Positions 20,068 to 29,354 of a DNA stretch of 64,000 bases are shown in pieces. Every line of letters begins with the position of its first letter. Position 1 is the stretch's first letter. The translations under genes were made by a program, and so were the position numbers. Under the pieces are notes generated by a model. That model was not told where the DNA came from. It ran no database searches and saw only the letters and a program-made list of their open reading frames with translations. Location of the stretch: NCBI GenBank assembly GCA_044892505.1, contig CM097882.1:543430001-543494000 (forward strand). Direction: 5' to 3'. Origin of the DNA: Schmidtea nova (lineage: Eukaryota).

Positions 20068-20944
20068 AGATAAACTTTCCGATGTTGCAAACTCTGTTTG
20101 TTCGGATGAAGGCCTTCTGTTGTGTGTTCTTGAAGATTTCGCAGTTTCTTTCTCTTTGTTTTCTAGTAGACTTAGCTCTCTGTCTAAATTTTGATCTTTG
20201 TCTTGATTTTTACGCTTTAATAGCCGCTCTGCGATACTCCCAGTATTCCCTGCTTTGTCAATTGTTGATTATTTCTCTCTTACGGTTAGATTCTCTTTTA
20301 TATTTTTCTTCTTTTACTTCTTTCCTCTTCAATGAGTCTTCTTTTTCTTCTTTTTCTTCCTTTATTCCTGTTTTCAAAACTGATTCACTTGAATTTGATG
20401 GTTTTGGTTTGATGTTATCTAAAAATATAAAAAAATGGATCCATTTATAATTAATTTTGTTCATCATTTTAGGCTTCTTCCTCTTTCCCACCGTTCCGAC
20501 ATCGTCGCTACTCACCCCCCATAATTTAGGTGGATTTTAATTTATCTATACCTCGTAATAATTATCTATGTAGGGTCGTACGGTTTACCTGGTACCTTCA
20601 TCCATAATAATAATGATAATAATAATAATAATACTAATTATAATAATAATTTGCACAAAACTTTTCTTAACATAACTCTCATACTTCGTTTCGAAATCAT
20701 GATTTTCACAAATACTTTATTTATTTATTGTCGTCGTTCTCTTTCAGATTTTCTGATGTTTCCAGCTAGCTTTTTATAATATTTCTTAATGGATGTTACA
20801 ATTCTTACGCTGTCATTCTATCCTATTTTTCCTAGATGTACCTTCTTTAATCTCTTTTTACTAACTTCTATTTTCTCAAAATGCATTTTATTTCTTCTAC
20901 GAGCTCTCAAAATTTCTCACATGCATGAATTTCTATATATTTTT

Positions 20945-21517
20945 GGATCCTCAAAGTCTCTCATACATGAACTCTCAAAGTTTCTCAATTATCTGGACTC
21001 TCAAAGTCTCTCATACATGAACTCTCAAAGTTTCTCAATTATCTGGACTCTCAAAGTCTCTCATACATGAACTCTCAAAGTTTCTCAATTATCTGGACTC
21101 TCAAAGTCTCTCATACATGAACTCTCAAAGTTTCTCAATTATCTGGACTCTCAAAGTCTCTCAATTATCTGGACTCTCAAAGTCTCTCCCAGAGCGCTCA
21201 ATTATCTGGACTCTCAAAGTCTCTAAATTACCTGGACTCTCAAAGTCTCTAAATTACCTGGACTCTCAAAGTCTCTCAATTATCTGGACTCTCAAAGTCT
21301 CTCAATTATCTGGACTCTCAAAGTCTCTCACATACATGAACTCTCAAAGTTTCTCAATTATCTGGACTCTCAAAGTCTCTCACATACATGAACTCTCAAA
21401 GTTTCTCAATTATCTGGACTCTCAAAGTCTCTCATACATGAACTCTCAAAGTTTCTCAATTATCTGGACTCTCAAAGTCTCTCACATACATGAACTCTCA
21501 AAGTTTCTCAATTATCT
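20945..21517. repeat. Tandem array, 50-bp higher-order unit built from 24-26 bp subunits sharing ACTCTCAAAGTYTCTCA
   Basis: TCAAAGTCTCTCATACATGAACTCTCAAAGTTTCTCAATTATCTGGACTC recurs at 20951, 21001, 21051, 21101, with subunit shuffling thereafter. Confidence 0.95.
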
Positions 21518-22488
21518 CGGCCGTCTTCAATTCATTCTCTTTATACTATTTAATCACTCATTTTCCTATTCTCAATAAATTCGCTGTTACTGACTGTTTT
21601 TCTCAGATTGTTCTACTACTTCTCAATTATGAATTCATCAGGGTAAAATCGTCGAAATTCACTTTCTACTCTTTCGACTTTCTAAAATCTGCAGCCTCTT
21701 TCTCTTTATTAATGTTACTGTCTCCTACCTCAGTGTACCAATCATGCCTTGGTAAACTGATGTATAAGACGAACATTACGGGTTTGACCCTTTCTCCTAA
21801 GTTAAAATCGTAAAATAATCGCGTCGACTCGTTCTGCAAATTGTGATGATCAGTCACAAACAAAATTTATCAACATTTGCGATGGATCCTATTCTACATT
21901 TTCTCCTTAAGGTGATCAGGTTTTTCCCAGTTTGTTGTTTGCTAATTTTTCAACAACAGAAATATTGGCGTACTATCTTTTGATAGCTCTGTTTAAACTT
22001 GGCGTACTATCTTTTGATAGCTCAGTTATGAATTTGTGGACTATTTTCTCGTTTCTACTCAGATACTCATTTCTCGCTTAATTTAAGAGGATTCTCCCTA
22101 TAAAATCAACTTCTATAACTCTACTTATTGCTTGTCCTAATACATACATTTTTATATTTATGATCAGTATGATAATCAATATAATAATGATAATAAAGGA
22201 GATTTATAGTAATGAAATTCGGAATCAATGTAATAATGATGATGAGGAAGATTTATAATAATAATAATAAAGGAAATTCAAAAAGAAAAGAAAAGTAACT
22301 TGTCACAAATTCCCATTTTCCTAATGTTTGATTTTTCGGCATTAGCCGTTACTTGTTATGTTTTTTACACGATTCTCAGTCATTAATTACCTAGTGTTCT
22401 GTGTTTATTTAATTTTTACGACGATTTGGATTACTGGATGATCGACGAAGTTCAACATGACCAAAACGTTTATTTCGAACGACATTCT

Positions 22489-22815
22489 TTATGAACAAAA
22501 TACTACGATTTTGTCATCAGTTGTCTGTTTGCAGATTACACATCTCTTTATTTCTCTAGAGCACGGCTGGCAATAATACAAATGCCCACACGGCATGAAT
22601 AAAATGTTCGCTTCTCTTTGTCGACAAATATAACATCCTTCGAACAAATCGATCTGTTGATTTATCGATCTCTCTAGCTTGTCCATAATTTTATCGATTT
22701 TACCAATCCATTCTTGTATTTTTAAATTAAAACTCGGATTATTCGGTCGCAATCGTCGTAATTCATAAATTGTCTCTAACGAAATATTGTTTGTTGTTCC
22801 TACAATTCCTTTCAT
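22489..22815 (-). CDS. Small IAP-like C3HC4 RING finger protein (108 aa from first ATG) in element leader
   Basis: CYICRQREANILFMPCGHLYYCQPCSREIKRCVICKQTTDDKIVVFCS* fits the IAP/MGRN-type RING with an aromatic C-terminal tail. The ORF-track start at 22848 is GTG; the first ATG is at 22815. Confidence 0.85.
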   Translation of the reverse strand: MKGIVGTTNNISLETIYELRRLRPNNPSFNLKIQEWIGKIDKIMDKLERSINQQIDLFEGCYICRQREANILFMPCGHLYYCQPCSREIKRCVICKQTTDDKIVVFCS

Positions 22816-22974
22816 TTCATTTTCTCGTTCGAATCTCTCGCTCAACACTCAATTCACCGTAACATATGCTCAATCGCTTCCATCTAAAATATTCATGATG
22901 ATCGGTGTTTATAACTTTTTGAATTAACCATTCATTATGATTTGAACGAAAAATAAATAATAAATTATATTTTT

Positions 22975-23075
22975 ATATTTTTATATTTTTAACTAACAGA
23001 ATATTCAGCCATTTTTATACATATATTTTTATATTTTTATATTTTTATATTTTTATATTTTTATATTTTTATATT
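22975..23075. repeat. (ATATTTTT)n low-complexity repeat
   Basis: Repeated ATATTTTT units, interrupted once. Confidence 0.8.
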
Positions 23076-24133
23076 TTTATAATTTTCTCCATTCGTCCAT
23101 ATTCGATATTTTTCGAATAAAATATTAAAATAATCAGCCATTATATACATAATTTTTATGATTTTTTAATATTTTTTAAATATACTAATATTTCCTAAAT
23201 AAAAAAAAATAATTAGACATTTACTTACACAATTTTTTTTTATGATTTTTACACTTTTTATCAATTTTAAAATAATTATATTTTTTATTTACAGTATTCG
23301 CAATTTGGGTAATTTTTCGTTTACGGAAAGCAATTTTTGTATACTCGAATATTTATTTTCTAAGTGATTTACGTGGACTCTATCCCGTATCGTATGATCA
23401 TATAACATTTCCTTTTGCTAGGTTCCTAATTTTGGGCATCTCACAATTTTCGTATTTACGTTCAGTCTCACGTTTTCTTGTTTGATTATATTTGTTTTTA
23501 AGTCATTGTTGAATATTATTTTATGATTTCATAAGATTTTAGAGTTATTCCCGATTTCGATTCCCGAATAGAGTCGCGATCAACATTCCAATATCACCAT
23601 GCATCATTTTGACTTCAACAATCTATCTTTTTCAACATTCAAACTCCAAACTTATTAGATTATATCATTCATTCTCTACTGTATCATTATATCAATTAAA
23701 ACAATTAATTCACGCATTGATCTATTTTCGTTGTTATCTCTTTTAGACCCGATACTTTCCATGTCCTTCTTTGACAACAAAATAAAATTACAGGGGTCAT
23801 ACCTCAGTCATTCTCAATCAAATAACATAACACCGATATCGTTAGTAATAATAATGACATCTACAGTAACACTCATGATAATAACAGTAACAATAATTAT
23901 ATTAATAATAATAATGATAATAATAATTATAATAATAATAATAATAATAATTATGCTAATATGCTAGTAGTACTACNNNNNNNNNNNNNNNNNNNNNNNN
24001 NNNNNNNNNNNNNNNNNNNNNNNNNNNNNNNNNNNNNNNNNNNNNNNNNNNNNNNNNNNNNNNNNNNNNNNNNNNNNNNNNNNNNNNNNNNNNNNNNNNN
24101 NNNNNNNNNNNNNNNNNNNNNNNNNNNNNNNNN

Positions 24134-27100
24134 AGTAAAATCAAACACAATTTTCCGCTGTTTCTGTCAAAATTTTATTTAACAGTTTGTTGATGTTTTA
24201 TGAAAACTTTCATTAAGTCTCGCGCGAACTCGTTTTAGTTGCTTTTCGATTTTTTCAAGCAAAACAAACTCAAATCCCGGCTGAGCCCCCAAATTTTTAT
24301 ATGGTGGGTCGTTGATCGTCAATATGACCTTGACGTTGCTATGGCCCTCATCAACAACCCAACACACAAAAATATTGAAATTTACCACCTTGTTACCCGT
24401 CACTATGTAACGTTGGTACTGTAACAAGTGGGTGGGTATTCGCAATCAGTGAGCGTCGTCAATACGAAACTATGATTGACCGAATATCTCCTGGGTCCAA
24501 GGGCTACCGATAGAAGGTTTCTTGCCCATTTTGTCCCCTTCTTCGACGATTTATCTTTAAGCATTCAACAAAATTTTATCGGCAATTCAACATTAATATT
24601 CTACCTAACTATAAATTCGTGATTACATCCAAATAAATCATTCCGAGCATCAAAACACTAATAAAACATTAAATTTTACTTATATTATAATTTATGTTAA
24701 TTATTAATGAAAGTATTCTAAAATAAAATTTTTAATTTACATTTGCATTTACGATAAAATCAAGACTTTAATTCTTAATTTGTGAATATTTATAACTAAT
24801 TTACTTTTATAACTAATTGATATTCCGAAACAATTTGTTTCAATCCATCATTCAATCCACAACAAGCCGAACACCATTCAAATTCACCAAGCATAATTTT
24901 CTACGCAAATCATTTCTCTCTATTGGCAAAACAAGTAAATTTTTAAATTAATTGATATGCTGAAATTAATTCTTTTCATAGCCCTCAATTTCAAAAACAC
25001 AGGTGGAAACTCAGTTCGGAAATCTTAGCAACTACGTCTTATCACTTTAATCTATTTGACAGATTTGAATATCTAACAATTATCCAAACCATTAATCCAA
25101 TCGACAAATCCCAATTAATCAACAATCCGCGACAATGTCTAATGATCATGACTCCAATAAACCAGCGTTGTGGTCATCCATGTCAGTGACAAATACTGCT
25201 TAACAATATCTTTTCTTAGTGCTGAATTTAATATATGTACTTTATTTGCATTTTTACTTTTTATGTAAAATGGTTTTTATCATACAAAAGGGTAACAATT
25301 AATTATTTTAATTAAAATACTTAAAGTTTTGCTAGACGAAATATAATAATCTTTGAATTTCATGTGAAAATAAATTGATTGTCACTAGATGAAATATAAT
25401 ATTATTTTAAAATAATATACCAAATTTTACTTTAAAAGGCACCATAAATTCACAATAATACAATTTTTTAACTTAAACATTATTGATTTTAAAGGCAATC
25501 TTGAAAACTTCCTAATATCCGTTACAAATAAAAAGGTTCCACACCAAATGTTTGTGGTGGGTGAATGGATGAAACCTTGGCATTGTCCTTCTGGAGGCAT
25601 GCATGTCTACGCATGATGTGGGATACTATCATTTCGAGCTTGATTGTTGATACACTTTTACAGGTTTATTATGAATTTTTCATTGATAGTGCAGGAGATT
25701 GTATGTGATTATATGTGTCTGTATGTTGACTTGAATGTTGGATGAGAATAAATAATTTATTGGTGGATGAGGTGTAGTATGATGACTGTGTGTTCTATTG
25801 TTACTGTTGGGTTTGTGTGTGATTGTATGATGAGCGATTTAAAAACAATTGAGTGCTTGTGAGTGTGGTTGGACGTATAATTCTAACTAGCATGTCTGTG
25901 TGAAATTTTTGGGGTAGCTGGTTGGTGTGTATGTGATTGTTGAATGTTATTGAGTGATACGGTGTAGGTGTGTCTATTGTATTTTATACGTATGTTGTTT
26001 GTATATTAATATGGATGATGCTATTGAGTGAAAAGGGTGTAAATCTTTGCAATGGGTGATGTATTAGTATTTTAAGATGTCGTGGGGGGTTATATTATAA
26101 ATTAAATAAATTGTATAAAATATTTCTAAAGTTAAAATAAAAATAAAAAAAAAATTTTTAAAGTTAAACTAATGGTAATGATTTTTAGATCAAGATAATA
26201 ATAATAATTTTTAGATCGAAATAATAATAATATTTCTCATAATGCTTTTTTACAAATTTTTAAGTTTTAAAATTTCTACGAAAAACAATTAACGATAAGG
26301 TTTATAATTTTTTATAATGTCGATTTGAATTTACAATTTTTATACTTTAAGAATAGAATAAAAAAAAAATTTCTATAAAATCTCGAATTCAGATTTTTTA
26401 TAAAATAATAAAATTTATTAATATAATAATAAAATTTCAATCTAAATTTTCATGGGGTTTAATATAACTTTTGATTTTCAAATTCTCGGGAATTTTACGA
26501 AATGATAAAATCCTTTTATATATTAATAATATTAGGAACCAAATTTGGTTTACAATTTTTCCATATAAAATCTTTTCAACATAATAAAAAGCAAATTTCT
26601 ATTTCTGATCCAAATGAAATGATAATAAATTTTTATCCATAAATTCAAGATCTAAATAAGCATTTAATCTAAAAAAACTTTACCTGCTAAATAAAAATAA
26701 AATAAAAATAAGTTATAAATTTTTCAACGAGTATTTTTAACCTCAAGCAAAGTAAATTTCGGTTTTGTTGAGCATGAATTTCCCAACTAAGTGTGCGCGA
26801 ACCTTTCGGGACACTTCACTCAGGAATTTCAGGCTCTCGAAAAACAAGATTCACAGGAAAACTTATTTAGACCATAATGAGCTTTAATTCAGATTAAATC
26901 AATACTTGTTTCACAATTTGTTTCACTTCATGAGCATTATTCTAGACTTGAGCATTATTTCGAACCATTTTCTTTTCATCATCAGCATCCATTTTTCTTG
27001 CATTTTCTTATGAGATGAACGTTGTTGAGAGTGCGAAGGTGAAGGCGAGTACGAGTCGATTTTTTAATCAATAATATTTCCTATTTTAGATTTCAAGACA

Positions 27101-28558
27101 TGAGTTAGAAATTATTATGTTGTATTACGAAATTGCTTATGTAGATAATAAAAATATGATACTCTATTATAATACAAATCATTAGTATAACAAAACCTTG
27201 CTCTTGGCCAAACCGCGATTCCCCAGTTGGGATGACGCGAATTTGGATGTATGAGCCTCACCTTAAAGTGGAAATATGGGCTGGCCGATTACCAATCAGA
27301 CAACGATCCACCCAGGCTACTAACAGATCCGCACAACCAAGGCTGGACGGATCGTCAGAAGATATGGGAGAAAAAAAAAAAAAAAAATTTTTATTTATTT
27401 TCATAATTTAATTTAGTTATCGAATTTCAATGAGATCTTTCCTGAATTATTTTGGGAATTTGTGGCTCGTGATAATGATTATGACAACAAAAAAGAAACT
27501 AAGCTATTAATCATGAAAATACTTTAATAATATAAAATTGACCATAATAAATAAAATGACAAATAACATATTAAATAAAAAAGGGGGGAATGGGATGATC
27601 GTCAGGCATGACGGACGACCATTCCAATCCCCAATGAGAATAACCAAAATCAAACAAATCCTTACGTTTGTCCAATTAACTTCTGCTACGATTTCTTTCA
27701 AACAAATTAATTTTTTCTTAGAAATTTGGAACGATTTTTCCACAAATTTTCTTGGAATCAACTTCTGATAGTAACTTCTTGGAATCAAATTCTGATATTA
27801 GCTTTTCTCTTCTCTTCTTGAAATCAAATTAGCTTTTCTTCTTGCAATCAAATTCTCAAGTTGGATTTCACAAAAGTTATTTTTCGCAATTTCTCCGTAA
27901 ATTAATCAAGAAAAATTTTCCACCAAATTCTGAAATCTGCCATTTTGATGGCGGTATATATACCATCAAATTTTTTCTATCTCCGGTAGTGCAATAAAAC
28001 AAATTGTTCTAGAAGTTTCTCTTAATTTTTTCTAAATTAATTCTAATGATTTTCCGAAAATTAATTCCATATTTTTGTATAATAATTTTTTATAAACTAT
28101 AAATAATTTATTTTAATTAAAAATTTTTATGTTTGAATCGAAATTTGTTCGATTTGATTTAATTTATGATTTTCGATCCATATTAATTCTTTCTATTGTT
28201 ATATGTGAAATTTTGTGATAAATTCACAATTTTCCTCTAGAATTGTGTTAATTTTTCTGCACTGAGGATTTTTATGACAAAATTCTGTTCTTTATGGGCA
28301 CTTTCAATGGGTTTTCCGCCTATTCTAGCTTCCAAACATTCTGCTTTTAATTTCTCTCGAGATTTCCGTGGAAATATTTACAAATTCGCAGTTAGCGCGT
28401 ACTCTACCGGTTGATGTATTTTGATTCCACTTCACCTTCTGATGCTTTCCGCTTAATTGTTAGATTTTTAATGGCAGCTAAGGCTAAAATGAAATCTTGC
28501 GCGCTCTCTACCTATTGGGTTATCGTTTTATTAAAACAAATTGCGTTTTGGCCCAACA
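24134..28558 (-). repeat. 5' LTR (at least 4.2-4.4 kb; inner boundary probably in or near N-gap 23977-24133)
   Basis: 24387-28558 is a copy of 1-4171 with terminal TG on the element strand at 28558. 24134-24386 is assumed to be LTR but cannot be compared within the window. Confidence 0.9.
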
Positions 28559-28957
28559 GAATCAAACAATTGTTAAAAAACAATATGAAGTCAGATACCA
28601 AAATCAAACAGTTGAAAGTGAAAAAACATCGATAGTTTTACATTACATAAGTTTATTCATATTAATAATGATCTTGATATTGGCAACATCGATAAGGTTA
28701 GAGAATATTAATAAGAATAAAATTCCTGTAAATAATGTTCCTATGAATAATATTCCTAGTAGTAATAATTTTGAATCCAAATTTTGTACACNNNNNNNNN
28801 NNNNNNNNNNNNNNNNNNNNNNNNNNNNNNNNNNNNNNNNNNNNNNNNNNNNNNNNNNNNNNNNNNNNNNNNNNNNNNNNNNNNNNNNNNNNNNNNNNNN
28901 NNNNNNNNNNNNNNNNNNNNNNNNNNNNNNNNNNNNNNNNNNNNNNNNNNNNNNNNN

Positions 28958-29062
28958 AGAAGAACGCGCGTTTCACGCGCGTTCAATGCGTACTGTGATT
29001 TGTCTTATAAAGCAAGGAAGAAGAACGCGCGTGAAACGCGCGTTCAATGAGTACAGTAATTT
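28958..29062. repeat. Two 61-bp units each containing a 9-bp-stem CG-rich hairpin
   Basis: GAACGCGCG-TTTCA-CGCGCGTTC (28962-28984) and GAACGCGCG-TGAAA-CGCGCGTTC (29023-29045). Confidence 0.85.
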
Positions 29063-29211
29063 GTCTTAAACACACACACACACAATTTATCTATGTACAA
29101 AAAATTATTATTATTAAAAATTATATTTCATTAGTCTTTGTTTCGTTGCACATGGATTGCAATGTCTTTGTTTCTTTGCACATGGATTGCATTGTCTTTG
29201 TTAATATTTGT

Positions 29212-29354
29212 TGATGAGTCATACTGATGAGTCATACCAATGAGTCATACTGATGAGCCATACTGATGAGTCATACTGATGAGTCATACTGATGAGTCAC
29301 ACTGATGAGTCATACTGATGAGTCATACCAATGGGTCATACTGATGAGTCATGG
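29212..29354. repeat. Minisatellite, 11 x 13 bp (TGATGAGTCATAC)
   Basis: Eleven units counted, 8 with perfect ATGAGTCAT. Confidence 0.95.

Larger units (their letters stand above)
1..28558 (-). mobile_element. Giant Ty3/Gypsy-type LTR retroelement (over 28.5 kb, left end outside window) with env-like and accessory domains
   Basis: Direct repeats of over 4 kb (1-4171 = 24387-28558) flank a minus-strand 4930-codon ORF with Gag, PR(DTG), RT(YIDD), RNaseH, INT in Ty3/Gypsy order. Both repeats end ...GGCCCAACA, i.e. start TGTTGGGCC on the element strand. Confidence 0.96.

Noticed and set aside
20945-21517. Tandem array as CRISPR or coding repeat
   Set aside because: No unique spacers and a eukaryotic context. 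The plus-strand ORFs are simply translations of the repeat.
21520-21960. Purine-rich, coding-looking minus-strand stretch in the leader (65-aa ORF 21666-21863)
   Set aside because: Multiple stops in all frames and no motif. It could be a decayed or spliced ORF but is unsupported.
23400-24133. Primer-binding site of the giant element
   Set aside because: No convincing tRNA 3'-end complement found. The inner 5' LTR boundary probably lies in the N-gap, so the PBS cannot be assigned.
23951-24182. ORFs containing X runs (also at 28.7, 52.5, 58.2, 60.0, 62.5 kb)
   Set aside because: Artefacts of reading through N-gaps.
29212-29354. CTGATGAG repeats as hammerhead cores
   Set aside because: No stem II closing onto a GAAA within plausible distance. 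Better explained as an AP-1-like minisatellite.
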